Part shown: piece after piece, positions 11,701-23,227 of the stretch
Numbering within the stretch: the stretch's first letter is position 1
How the letters are laid out: every line of letters begins with the position of its first letter
Assembly (NCBI GenBank): GCA_051294375.1
Contig: CM119264.1
Span: 22,452,486 to 22,516,485 of the forward strand
Direction: 5' to 3'
Length of the DNA: 64,000 nt
From: Paraspadella gotoi
Taxonomy: Eukaryota > Animalia > Chaetognatha
Notes under the pieces: model-generated
Databases searched by the model: none
What the model saw: the letters and a program-made list of their open reading frames with translations, nothing else
What the model was told of the DNA's origin: nothing
Program-made: the position numbers and the translations under genes

Positions 11701-14700
11701 ACCTTATATTAGGCCTAACGAAGTGTGCTTTAATCGTTAATTCAAAGTTTGACTTTTAAATATTTGATTTACGCCAACTGATTTACGTCAATTTGGAGTA
11801 ACGTTTCTGCCTCCTTACTACTGTCAAGGATATTCAACCAAAATTTTGAAAAAACGTTTTTTTCTAATTAAGAATACATTGTAGTATTGGATTCAGATTT
11901 GATTTCTTTTTTTTTACGTGTTGTTGGCGCTGGTGGCGTAAAAACTACGCCAAAACGTATTATTTCCTAATTACATATGTGGCGTTAATGATTTTTCCAA
12001 AAAAAATTTTAAAATATATCAAATTAAATAATTGTAAATGTTTATATTTAAATTTGGAAAAGAATTGTGGCGTAAAATGGCGTGAAATGAAGGTAAAACC
12101 GTTTAATATGATATCATGATGTGGCGTAAAGACTTTCTGATTATTTTCTAGTAAAAGCTATTCAGATAAGTGGTTTTAAAGATTTATCCGGCCTTTTTAT
12201 ACAGATGTGGCGTAGAATGGCGTAAACTGAACAAAAAACCATATAAATATTAATTAATTCTGTGGCGTAAAAACTTTTTGTTTATTTTTTAGTAAAAACT
12301 ACTCAGTTGAGTTGTTTTAAATATTTTCCGGCCTTTTTTATACAGGTTTGGCATAGAATGGCGTAAAATGAACAGAAAACCGTATTAATAGCATTTAATT
12401 TTGTGGCATAAAAACTTTTTCATTTTCGAAATAAAACTATTAAGTTAATATGCTTTGGCGTAGAATGGCGTAAATTGACGTAAAACTGCGCCACTTTATC
12501 CCCTCATCTCTTTCCCTTTCCTCCCTTTTCTTTTCTCTTTTATTTTTATACAATCTCCGATTCTAAAGAGATTATTTTTCGGTTTTAATTCTTTGAACTC
12601 AAAGAAAAAATGAATACCGAAAATAAATTTCAAATCATAGATAAAAAGAAACAAAGATATACCACGTAAAAGTCAGTGGACCAATTTTATTAAAAGTATC
12701 AGAAATTGTGGATCAACAATGGTCCTTGAGGTTTATATTTGAACTTAATTAAAAAAAAGACTATGAATAAAGATATTACCCATTATAAGAATTATAGGTA
12801 TCATGTATATTTAGCAAAGGAGGAATTGTTGTAGGCAGAAAAAAGGCATGATAAATCTTAAGATCATAATAAATATATTATATCAGTTTCATACATATTG
12901 ATGATTCATAGGCCTTAATATACAATAGGAAAGATGATATAAAATGACTATCGCCAGAACTGCTGCTGGCGCATTTTTGCGCATCATTTTTGGGAATCAA
13001 TAATGATCAATATGTTGAGAGAAAACCCATTTGCATCTCCTGTAACCAGAGGTTTTGCGAGGAAAGCCTAGTTTTTGCGCTACAATAAAAAGAAATATTG
13101 CTTTTTGTACTATTCCAATATTTTTCTTATTTGAAAGATTCTTTTTCGGTTTTTAGTTAAACTTAACCTTACAGTATCTAGATTTAAAAAATAAAATTTT
13201 TCTTTTTAGTATTTTCCATACAGTAACTATTTCAAAAGGCCTTGTTTTTTGGAATCAAATTCCCTATTATTTTTCGGCGATAGAAAAATAAAAATTTCGT
13301 CGAATACTGCTAATCCCTACCATTGGTAGTTTTCCGAATATTTACGTTAACGGAGCTAAAAAAAATTTTATCTGGAAAAAAATTTTCTCCTTCATATTCG
13401 TCTGGGATGCCAAAACTTTTGTCCCTTGAATTTTTGTTTATGATGTTTTGGAACTTGTTAATCACTTCTGTTTTAAGCAACATTGACAAGCACATTATGC
13501 TCGGTACTCACTTATCGAAAAATAGAAGCAATTTATTTGGTTTGGCATCTTTAGCGATAATAGATTATACTCCTAAATTAAGAGGTAAGGATAGAATTTT
13601 TTTAGGTTTTGTATTACTGGTCAGAGTGTACGGCCCTGTAATAATTTTATTCATATCGATACACATAGTATAGCAATATGTAAATATTTTGAAACACTTT
13701 TGATACAATTAAAACTTCCATTATCCATTATTTTTATATAATATTATATTAATAATAAAAAATAAACATAATATATATATAACTTATTTACAATTCATTC
13801 TCAGTGTGGAAGGACTCAAAAAAAGAAAATATGCTTCGATACTGCACGATGAATACTTCTATGTATAATAACGGAATTATTGATAATGAAAGGTGGTCCA
13901 AACTACGATTCAAAGATTATGTTCCCATAAATTATTGCAAAGGACGGAGTCTTAAAATAAAGTATGATATGAGAATTGGAAACTACAAGATTCTTAAACC
14001 GACTTATTCTTTCCTAATACTATTTCTACTATTTGACATATGCTTAGGGTGTGTTTATGCTTTCATCCATATATTATTAAAAAAACAATATATTGAGTTT
14101 TTGCGCTTTTTGTCAATTGTTCTGTCCCCAATGCTAATAGTTTTTTACTGTGTTTATCGCGTTATTATCCAACATAACTTAGATTTTTCTGTAAAATTAT
14201 GCAATATGTGTATCAGAGTAAATGAATCTCATTTAACTGTTTTAGAATCGAAATTAAGTCTTTATGAAAGCTTCAGATTTATTTCAAATTATTCTCTTAA
14301 TTTTCTTTGTTCTTTTTTTGTATTTCTATTTTTTACAGCCATTAATGGAAAAATGTTCCATGCTAGTAGGAAATTAAAGAAGATTTATTACTTACATATG
14401 TTTATAGCTATTATACTATTGATTTCTATTCCTTGTTTTATATCGCATCGAAATAAGTTTCAAAAATCTACATTTTTGGATGCGATATATATATCAACTG
14501 AACGAGTTCATCTTCTTGAACACATTTTCGCGATGCAAGTATTTTTATTTTTTACGAGTAATGAAATTTTTTCGGTATTTGAAGCGTGCGCCCTGATTCC
14601 AATCACTGCTTTTTCTTTTTGGCACCATTAAAAAGGAAAAGATGCAAAATTTTATTTAAACTTGTTGGGCTACTTGTTATTCCCCTCGTTAGCTTTTATA

Positions 14701-17632
14701 CCAATGTTTTCAAGTAATTGTCCAAAAATGAAAAAAATACAATTTCTTAAGTTAGGTCTCCATGTCTTAAATTATGATCGTCAATATTCACCTGTCGACG
14801 TCAATCAACTTTTGAATTCTGATCGTGCCCTGTCGTCCCCAACTTTTTTATGTATTAATAATTTGCGCAGGAATTTCTCTTTTTACGCCTATGAAAGTTT
14901 AAATAAAAGTATCTTTGAAAAAACTTTCAAGGACTTTCATTCATGTATCAATAATGAATTTACAACTAGTTTTCGAATTATCAACATATTATTATTGATT
15001 GTTCCAATAGTGACTTATTTTTTTCTATTCACGAATTTCTGAAATTGAGGCCTAATTTAAGATTTTATTTTTGAGCCGGATCTTTTTAGCAGATCTCGGC
15101 TCAATAATTCACTTTGTCGGTCCGTCGGTCCCACCCCAAAAGCTTGTCGGTAAGTGACTTAAATCATGTCAGAACATCGAATTATGATAAATTATGCCCA
15201 AAAAAATGTCCGTCCGTTCGTCTGTCTGTCCGTCCGTCCGTCCATCTGTCCGCCCCCTTAGCTTTTAACGCTAATTACTCGTGAGTATATGGGGCGATTG
15301 ACTTAAAATTTTGTATGTGGGTAGGAAAGTGTGTGATTTAGCTGGAAATCACGTTTCGATGTAATCGTCCAAGTGGAAATGAGTTTAACTGGAAAAAAAT
15401 CTTTCACTAATTGATTGATTTTTTTTATATTGAATGTCAATGCAAGATATATTAATTATCAAATAATTAATAAGTTAATCAAAAAATTAATCAATAATTA
15501 ATTAATTAAGCAATCAATAAATAAATTATTTAATCAATATATTTATCAATTAATTATTAACTCAATCAATCGAGTCAATCGTATTCGGCATTCGCCATCA
15601 TCGTCGTTGCTTTTGTCGTGGTCAGGTACGAAAAGACCTAAAGACAAGCATGTCGGATCAAATTAATTAATTAATTAATTTGAATTAATTAATTACCGCT
15701 CATGAACGTGAGCAGATCCGTCATTGTTTGCTCAAATTTGTTTAATTATGATTTGATAGCTTAGATTTACAAATTTTAAATGAGTTTTGAAAAAAGGTAG
15801 CAGTCAATGCTGATTAGATTTCAAAATTAAAATGAAACAAAGTCGATAAATATTAGGATTTTATCAATTATGAACCTTGTCAATGGCACCATGTACATTG
15901 TACAGTATTTCCTTAATAAATTGTGATGAATAAACGTAATTATTTTAATGTAAATTGTGTGAATTAATTTAATTAACGAGCAAAATTTCACATTTAAACG
16001 TTATTATAGAACTAAACTTACAAAAAAGCCAGAAGTTTTTTTAATATATTCTTATACCGGCCAATATAGTTAATGTAATAATCCGACCGTGAATATATAA
16101 AATATTTAAGATATTAACTAAAATCTTTTCGCCACAGAAGATTTTCGCCGAATCTGATCAGCGGCTGGACTTCTTTCTCTCTCCCTCTCTGTTTTTATTT
16201 TTTTTTTAAAGTTATCAGGATCGAACTCGTGACGTTAAGCATAAAAGTCGCGCATGTTATCATGTTACCATTGCAAAACCGCTTTTTATTTCGCTTTTTC
16301 TCTTCCCCTCATTTTTTATCATTTTCTATCTCTTTATCTCTCCCACATTTATTCATTCAATTTATTTAATAAAATTAAGTTAATTAAATTCGTTCAATTT
16401 AAGTATTTCATTCTTACTTTTAAATTTTTTTGCTCAATGGAATTTATTTATCTAAATTCTTTCATTTAATAATTAAATAAATAAAAATTTAATTCATTCA
16501 TTCAATTAATTTCATTTATTTAATTAATTTCATTCCAATTCACTTTATTCAAATCATATCATTCTATTCATTTCATTCAATTATTTTTTTATATATTTTA
16601 TATTTTATATATATTTTATATTTTATATTTTATATATATTTTATATATTTTATTTCATTTCGTTTTATTGAATCATTCCATTTTTGGATTTTCAATGCGT
16701 TTTAAATTCGTTTATAAATTGTTATAAACTTGACCCTTTTTAATGCCTCGTCGTCTGCATTTAATGTAAATAAACTTTTAAAAACATGAATTCTCAATCG
16801 TCGGCTCCAAAAGTCAGACAAATGGACAATACGTCCGAGGCAACTTAAACAATAATACTAGTTTATTACCTGATATGTCTGTTTTAGTGTAAGTTACCAA
16901 AATGCCTTAGTAAAAATAAGTGGTTTTGCGTTGAGTCTCAACAATTTTGAATTTTCTTTTAAAGCTACGTATTATATTCTATTTTACTTCTTTATTTTTA
17001 ACGTACTATAATTTTGTAAAATTTTTACCCCAAACAGGTGAGAAATTGACAACATCTCCTCAAATGATCCAACTCTCACTTGACGGAAAGAGGATGTACG
17101 TAACAACGTCACTCTTCAGTCCCTGGGATAAGCAGTTCTATCCCCAAATGGCAAAGAGAGGATGTAAGTACCGAAAAATACTTACTGTTCTATTCATCTA
17201 CTCATCTCATTGGTGAGAAATTAAGTATGTATTGTATCGTATATCAAGTAATTCGTTTTTACCCTTACACTGAATGAATAATTTTCTTTCAAAAATGTTC
17301 CCCCAGTTCACTGCATAAATAATAAGTCAATTCTTTATTGAATTCATTTTCCTTTCAGTCCCTCTTATATCTAAGTCAAAACTAATCTTACTTCGCAAGT
17401 TTTTGAAACCCACATCTCCCTGAACTCAAATATTCATTTCTTGCTCCCAATCACGACAGCGCACTTATTCCAAATTGACGTCGATACGGATGTCGGGGGC
17501 CTTCGACTTAACCCAAAGTTGATCGTTGACTTTGGCCGCATCCCCGATCGTGGCCCTTATTTGGCTCATGAAGTTCGCTACCCTGGAGGAGACTGCACCT
17601 CCGACATCTGGCTTCATCAGGAAGCTATCTGA
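5575..17632 (+). CDS. SELENBP1: Selenium-binding protein 1 / methanethiol oxidase (SBP56 family), 9 coding exons: join(5575-5761,5859-6043,6538-6718,7124-7308,7463-7609,8106-8257,8340-8464,17038-17163,17460-17632), 486 aa
   Basis: All introns are GT-AG with compatible phases; the CDS is 1461 nt. Hallmark motifs are colinear with SELENBP1: [101 protein letters not shown]. Confidence 0.97.
5859..6043 (+). CDS. SELENBP1: SELENBP1 exon 2 ([20 protein letters not shown]...PQLHK)
   Basis: T-rich tract plus CAG acceptor; AAG|gtgatt donor. Confidence 0.95.
6062..6234 (-). mobile_element. tRNA-Gly-derived SINE, copy 1 (SELENBP1 intron 2)
   Basis: Reverse complement matches 10037-10233 closely; head has TTCGCCTCCC and B-box-like GGTTCTAGCCC. 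Confidence 0.8.
6538..6718 (+). CDS. SELENBP1: SELENBP1 exon 3 (VIEPTDKG...[14 protein letters not shown]...WISDP)
   Basis: ttgccag| acceptor; G|gtgagg donor. Confidence 0.93.
7124..7308 (+). CDS. SELENBP1: SELENBP1 exon 4 (…[20 protein letters not shown]…KHVQ); alternative in-frame acceptor at 7136
   Basis: catcag| acceptor; CAG|gtcaga donor. Confidence 0.9.
7463..7609 (+). CDS. SELENBP1: SELENBP1 exon 5 ([20 protein letters not shown]…WSAEK), not in ORF track
   Basis: tctctttcag| acceptor; AAG|gtgcct donor; hand translation. Confidence 0.95.
8106..8257 (+). CDS. SELENBP1: SELENBP1 exon 6 ([23 protein letters not shown]…RQYDISD), not in ORF track
   Basis: catcag| acceptor; AC|gtagga donor. 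Confidence 0.95.
8340..8464 (+). CDS. SELENBP1: SELENBP1 exon 7 ([13 protein letters not shown]…PVCIK), not in ORF track
   Basis: ccaacag| acceptor; G|gtgagt donor. Confidence 0.95.
10037..10233 (+). mobile_element. tRNA-Gly-derived SINE, copy 2 (SELENBP1 intron 7)
   Basis: ATTGGTG…TCGCCTCCCA…CCGGGGTTCTAGCCCGG resembles tRNA-Gly(CCC); about 30 nt longer than copy 1. Confidence 0.8.
10330..10411 (-). mobile_element. hAT-like transposon/MITE end fragment
   Basis: Terminal CAGGGTTGGCA on - strand followed by A-rich AAAACC subterminal repeats; abuts and truncates the adjacent DINE-like copy. Confidence 0.45.
10413..10575 (-). mobile_element. DINE-1/Helentron-like non-autonomous element, truncated copy
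   Basis: Reverse complement aligns by eye with 15068-15257 (tcaga.atcga.ttatgataaattat…, then TCCG/TCTG microsatellite). Confidence 0.65.
10833..15042 (+). pseudogene. XK-related (Xkr-like) multi-pass membrane gene nested in SELENBP1 intron 7, disrupted
   Basis: Colinear hydrophobic fragments carry XK-type motifs: [43 protein letters not shown] second module contains LFDICLG…LSLYESF. Frame changes occur near 11065, 11140, 11295 and 13310. An in-frame TAA at 14629-14631 separates two same-frame ORFs. Probable introns ~11650-13210 and ~13680-13804. Confidence 0.7.
11705..12922. mobile_element. MITE-like element with internal ~140-bp tandem repeats, inside the XK-like pseudogene
   Basis: Imperfect terminal inverted repeats TATATTAGGCCTA / TAGGCCTTAATATA. 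TGGCGTA(A/G)AATGGCG units at ~12066, 12206, 12347, 12454; inverted TTTACGCCA motif near the left end. Confidence 0.5.
15068..15745 (+). mobile_element. DINE-1/Helentron-like non-autonomous element
   Basis: 5' T-run plus hairpin (TTGAGCCG GATC…GATC TCGGCTCAA), internal (GTCC/GTCT)n tract at 15207-15253, 3' GAGCA…TGCTC hairpin followed by T-rich end. Confidence 0.65.
17038..17163 (+). CDS. SELENBP1: SELENBP1 exon 8 ([19 protein letters not shown]…[13 protein letters not shown])
   Basis: caaacag| acceptor; T|gtaagt donor. Confidence 0.95.
17460..17632 (+). CDS. SELENBP1: SELENBP1 exon 9 ([15 protein letters not shown]…[15 protein letters not shown])
   Basis: cgacag| acceptor; TGA stop at 17630-17632. 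Confidence 0.95.
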
Positions 17633-17824
17633 CAGATCAAAAAAATCGCAGAATTAAGTTGACAGTATATGCTTGTGCTTTTGTTATTGTTTCTGCTTGT
17701 TGGCTGCCGGAGTCCCGACATTTATGCAAGCCCGATCACATTCTTGTTAGGGAGCGAAGATCTGATGAGCATTCTAATTCTTTGTCTCGCAAACTAAGAT
17801 GGTGTTCTTTTCAAAAGCTTTAAA

Positions 17825-17854
17825 AATAAATTTTTAAGAGCGCAAGCTTTTATT
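17825..17854. terminator. Opposed polyadenylation signals: AATAAA (+, 17825-17830) and AATAAA (-, 17849-17854)
   Basis: Hexamers lie between the stop codons of two convergent genes. Confidence 0.5.
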
Positions 17855-18426
17855 AATATTAAAATGGCTAAAACGAATAACAACAAAATACATTACAAAA
17901 TTAGCAACGAATACTGATTTAATAGTCACAGAAAAAAATGCCATAATAGTAGAATTGCGAAATTTGGTAGCTCCAAATGCAAAATTGTTCAGCAAATATG
18001 CACGTTATATAATTTTAAACACTGCATCGATTTGGTGACGCTAAATGCACTATTTTTTGTAAAAAAACGTTTAGGGAGAGAGGAGCTTCTTAAAGCAAGT
18101 CAAGAAATGTTTTGCCTTTCTCTGCTGTTTTTATCTCTCGGAATCTTAAAATTTCCCATTTTGCATGTTGTCTAAAAAAAGCAATATACGTAACTTTGTT
18201 TTAAATGAGGCAATTTGCTACCAATAAAAGGTTACGCCAAACAAAATACTCTTTATAAAGCTATAAATAGCTTTTTTATGGTTTACAGCATTTACGGTAT
18301 TACTATGGGGTCAGTTTAAGGCCCTGAGTGCATTAAAGTTTTTTTGTCAATCCTAATCGTTTTTGCGCGCGTGGCATCTTCCATTCAAGACGAGATCTCA
18401 CGTTACCATTTACCATTTTCGTCGCC

Positions 18427-21400
18427 TCACAAAAACGTCATCTTTTCGTGACTGAGCGAATATTTCCTGCTCCTCTTCATCCTCCTGCAGCAGCAGACGA
18501 CTCTGAAGCAGAGCAGCGTCGCCAATAGAACCAACGTCGCCCCGACAATCACCTTTAAGAAACAGGCCAAGAGTTTAAATATCCGAAAGAGTCAAAGGTC
18601 AAGATAGAAGTGTCACATTTCACCCAACTGCGATGACAAAACAAAATAAAAACGACCAACCCACACAAAACGCAGCCAACCTTGTTTCTCATGGCCACCC
18701 CGTCGTTGGTGGCCAGCGTCGCCAGCAACACACCGCCGAGAAACAAGTAAGGCGCCAGCAGATGGCGCGTGTATGTCTCCATGAACGTCAGATCGAGCGC
18801 CAGCCACGCCACGACGACTACGCCGACGCCGCCGAACGCGACGCCGCCGGAAACTACGCGGGAGACTCCGTCTACGTGGGTGAGAACGACGGCGCTATAG
18901 TAGAAGGCGTTGTAGATCATCCATGCGGCGCCGGCGCCGAGCGGAGCGACGACCATGACGGGGACGATGATCAGATCGGTGGGGAATTCTTTGGCGAAGA
19001 AGGGAAGAGAATCGTGATAGTCCTGGGATAAATTGGTTTAGTTTTGGCGGGAGGGGAGGGAGAATGAAAAATGAAAAATGAATTATTTAAGTATATTTAT
19101 ATATTTATATGTATATTTAAGTTTAAACTGTCTACCTTCAACCTCCAAAACACTTAGATAACGCATTCTCACCAGATTGTAATAATACCTTGAGCAAGTG
19201 ATGGCAAGCATTAACGATAGATGTGACTGACAACAGCAACGGGATCAAAGCCATCCCCATCAGCCCCGCGTCCCACAGTAGCAGCCACGCTACGCAGAAA
19301 ACGACGCAGACTGCGTAGCAGCCGTGGGTCTTGGCCGGGACGAACTCTGGATCCAAGTAGAGGAATCCTGAGGAAAGCGAGTTGTAAAATGACATCGCAA
19401 ATTGTAATAAATTTGAGGGAAAAAAATACAATTAGTTGTGAATTAGTATAATGAGAATTAGCTTCATTTTTTTTTATCTTCACCTTTCGATCCTCTTCGC
19501 ACGATGGAGCAGATGGAGTAGGTAATCCAAAAGAGCTGGGCGACGGACACCCCGAGCCACAACCAGAAGAAGGTCGAGGATTCGATGGTGAGGTCGACGA
19601 CGAAATGTTGGGTAAGGTTGGCGAAGGAGCTGCGAAATAAGCTGTGGAAATAAATATGAATATTGTTAGTATGATTATTATGATTTATTGTTCCAAATCC
19701 TTAGTTTCTCACCAGATCAATTTTTTTTTTAAAGTTTAAAAACAGCAAAATTGCGCCGCCCGAGATATTTTTAATTTTCACTTTTTGTCTCCCGCTTTTC
19801 AGTTTCATCCCTCTTTCACCTCTCTAATCCCGATAACGTCCCCGTCCCTCTTAATATTTCGTACTTTCTCACCCGCCCCACCTCACCCGCCGCTCCCATC
19901 GTCGGACGCCGTCTCCGTCCAAGAAGGAAAGTTGAAGAAGGCGAAGAAGAGGATGAAGCCCCACTGGAGGAAGAAGTTGAGAAGGATGAGGAGGATGCGT
20001 CGTTTGCGGTGCTTGAAGAGGAGCTCGTTGTTGGGGTTGGAATAGGCACAGACTGTTGAGGGGGTGGGGGGAAGGGAGAAAAGGGGTTGAGGGTTATTTG
20101 AGGGAGTTTGGGCGGAGTGGAAAAAAGTATTTTTGGAGGATGACTGGGGATTAAGTGCGCATTGTGCAATAGCCAAAAACTAATTTCTATTTGTCTCTGT
20201 CCGAGCGTTATTTATTTTGTGTGCTTTGTTCTCTGAATTTTTTTCAGAAATTACTCCTATTTTAAAATGTCATTTTTTACGCCTTTGAGGAAGACAGAAA
20301 CCTTCGAAATATAATGCTAATCAATAAAAATTTAGAAAAGACCTGGCAAGTAGAGACCACGAAAAAAATTACATCAATGAATCAAATCTTGTCGGAATGA
20401 CAACTCTAAGAAACTATATATTAAAAGTTTTATATAAGTTTTCTTAGGAGAGGGGTAGAAAGATGGATGAGAAAAAGAGTCAAAAGTTGAATTTGTGGGA
20501 GGTGTACTATCTATTTAAGAAGTTTTTTTTTTCGACTTCAAGATTGGTTAGTAAATTTTTTTAAAAAATCTGGTGTCAATTTTACAAGGCGTGTCCTCAG
20601 CTACGGTGGGTGAACTTTTGCGGGAAAAAAAGAAAAAGATAAAAGTTGTGAACAATTAAAAAACTTTATTGCATTAAAATTAAACCGTCTGGGGATCATC
20701 TCGCTACAGTAAAGGACTTGATGGCTTTTTTTATTCTTGAAAACTATCGTTTTCGAGTTGGAGAAATTAGGCCAAAAATAAACCATTCATCAATATCAAA
20801 TATTTCTGATCTTTTGAACGCCGACGAATTGTGAAGTCGGAAAATCGATTCGAGGATATCACATTCGTGATCTTTGTTTATTTCACGAGATTGATGAGAG
20901 AGAAAGATCGCTGATTGTGAGAACTCCTCAGCTCGATTCAGCGTGAAATGTTGATTTAACTTTCTTGCAAAACTTAGAAAATTAGAGCATAGTTTTGAAA
21001 ACCTGATTAATAAGGCTTCTACTATGTAGTATAAAAATTTAGGTGCAAAATAGCTTATTTAAATGAATGGATATTTTTAATATTGGTTTTACAAATTATA
21101 TATTTAAGTAAAATCGGATATTAATGCAAGAACTTACCTCACGTAGTTATGACGGAAAATTTATCAAACAAAAAACGACTCAAGCGCGATAGCAATAAAG
21201 TTTTTTTTGTAACAATCATAATTTTTATATTGCCAATGTTGTACCAATTTAATATAGGTGTTATTACGTATATTATTTCCCCATCATATTTTACATTTCA
21301 CATTTCGTTTAGGCCTTTGCAACCTTTAAAACTACACCCTACCCGACCCTACCCTTTACCCAAAAACTTACCCTGAGAGTACCGGGCCACCGACTGTCCG

Positions 21401-21924
21401 GCGATGGACGGCGCCGCCATTTCTCGGCCGAGATCTGGGTCCGTATCCAAATCGGCGCCGTAAACGAATCCCGACTCTTCGCCGATAGAGTTTCCGGCGA
21501 CGGACCGCCGATGGGTGGAGATTTCGTCGGCGTCGCGCCGCAGATTTTGCCGATAATGACGGTGCCGATATTTGGCGAGGAGGCGCGCCGATGCCGAGTC
21601 GCCGCTGACCGATCGCGCCAATTCCGACGCCGTGGAATCTCTATTCGTCCAAGTCTTTGCCGAATCTTCCGAATTTCGTTTCGCCGATCCTTTGGCCGAG
21701 TGTCCCGAATTGACCGAGAATTCGTTGTCCGAGGGGGCGCGTCGATTACGTTCGGCGAGAGGCGTGTCTCGTTCTGGCGGCGTCGAGTCGCGATCGACGA
21801 GCGACGCTTCACGATCCTCGGTGGGCGTGGCGAGATCGTTGGCGTTCATGTCGCGATCCGCGGAGGAGGAAGAGTCGGATCGTGGGTCTTCGTTCGGGAC
21901 AAAGTTTAACTCTTCGGTTCGCAT
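18427..21924 (-). CDS. Multi-pass membrane protein, si:ch211-161h7.5 / PTHR33802-like, 6 exons: complement(join(18427-18552,18681-19022,19189-19367,19484-19641,19887-20052,21372-21924)), 507 aa
   Basis: All five introns are GT-AG with matching phases (1,2,1,0,0); 1524 nt open from ATG 21924 to TGA 18427. Family-like motifs GLFRSSFANLTQHF, GFLYLDP, VAWLLLWD, AAW, METYTRHLLAPY; about 8 hydrophobic segments. The gene model is firmer than the family call. Confidence 0.85.
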
Positions 21925-23177
21925 CTTGACGACGCGACGTCTCTGTCTCTCTCTCTCGCTCTCTTTATTACTCTCTTTCTTTCTTTTGTTTCTCCTCTCT
22001 CTTTCTTTCTCTTTCTCTCCCACTCTTGAGACGTGAACGAGTTCGTCTCTGTCCCTCGATCCACGATATATTCGACCCAAGATAATTAGTTTTTCGTTAA
22101 TTTTGTTTTTTTCCCTTTCGAAGTCTTTTTTTTTTCCACGGGAGAAAATTAGAAGATGAAAAGATGAGTTAACAAAAGAAATTGTCTTTCTTTCTTTTTT
22201 TTATTAAATTTTTTCACTCGACTATTTTCGTCGAAAGTTCGAAAGAAAAGAGGAGAAGAAAAAGAAATAAAGGAAAAATGATGTAAAAATATTACAAATT
22301 ACAAATTACATATTACAAAGAAATTCAAAATCAAAACAGGAAGGGAATTTAGATATTTTTCTCTCCGGAATAGCATGTTATTAATAGGGTTTAGCAAAAA
22401 CAAACTACTGAATTCATCATTACTTCAATAAAGGTACAAAAACACTGTTTTGGTATTTTATGTAAATATTAAAACTTACGATTAATACTCCTTAATCTTT
22501 AGTGTCGTTGATCCCAACCGCTTGAGCGAAGTTTTTATTCGATTTAAACTGATGCGGTTTTTTCTTTTTAAAAAATTTTCTTTCCCGTGTATTTTCTTCG
22601 CTAACCGAATTAAAAGTCATCAGTGTCGAGAAAGGGAGAGAGAGAAGAAAAAAGAGAGAGGAGAGAGAGTACCATGACGATTTTCTCTCGTACTCTCTCT
22701 CTCCCCGACGGCAGAAAGGCGCTCACTGCAATTCTTTATCGCTTTCATCCTTTCATTTGTAGATCCTTTCTTCCTTCCTTCGCTCTGCATTTGATTATAG
22801 CCTTCTACAAGTCTGAACTCAGAGCGCGAAGGGATATGACTTGAGGGTTTTAGCCCAACACATCTANNNNNNNNNNNNNNNNNNNNNNNNNAAGGAGAGA
22901 GAGAGAGAGAGAGAGAGAGGACGAGAGAGAGAGAGAGAGAGAGAGAGATTTATAAAAGTTTTCAATGAAAATCAGTTGTCGATTTTATTCTTGGTTTCAA
23001 AACCGAGCACAGGAAAATAGTGGAAAAAAAAACAAAACACGAAAATCCCTTTCAGTATTTTTTTAAAGATTTTCACTCTAATTTTATATCTTTTTTATCT
23101 CTTTTTTCTGGGAGGTTTATTATCACGTATCTTAAAATTTGAGAGAACAAAAACAAAAAGGGAAAGAAGAAAGAGAG

Positions 23178-23227
<50 letters not shown>

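Noticed and set aside
17633-17820. SECIS element or Sec read-through in SELENBP1
   Set aside because: No internal UGA in the reconstructed CDS; SELENBP1 is not a selenoprotein; the ATGA near 17765 lacks correct AA spacing and a paired GA.
18555-18680. ORF-track C-terminus VGCVLCG…WPVS of the membrane protein
   Set aside because: Better explained as intron 18553-18680, with a downstream exon supplying the last TM helix and basic tail.
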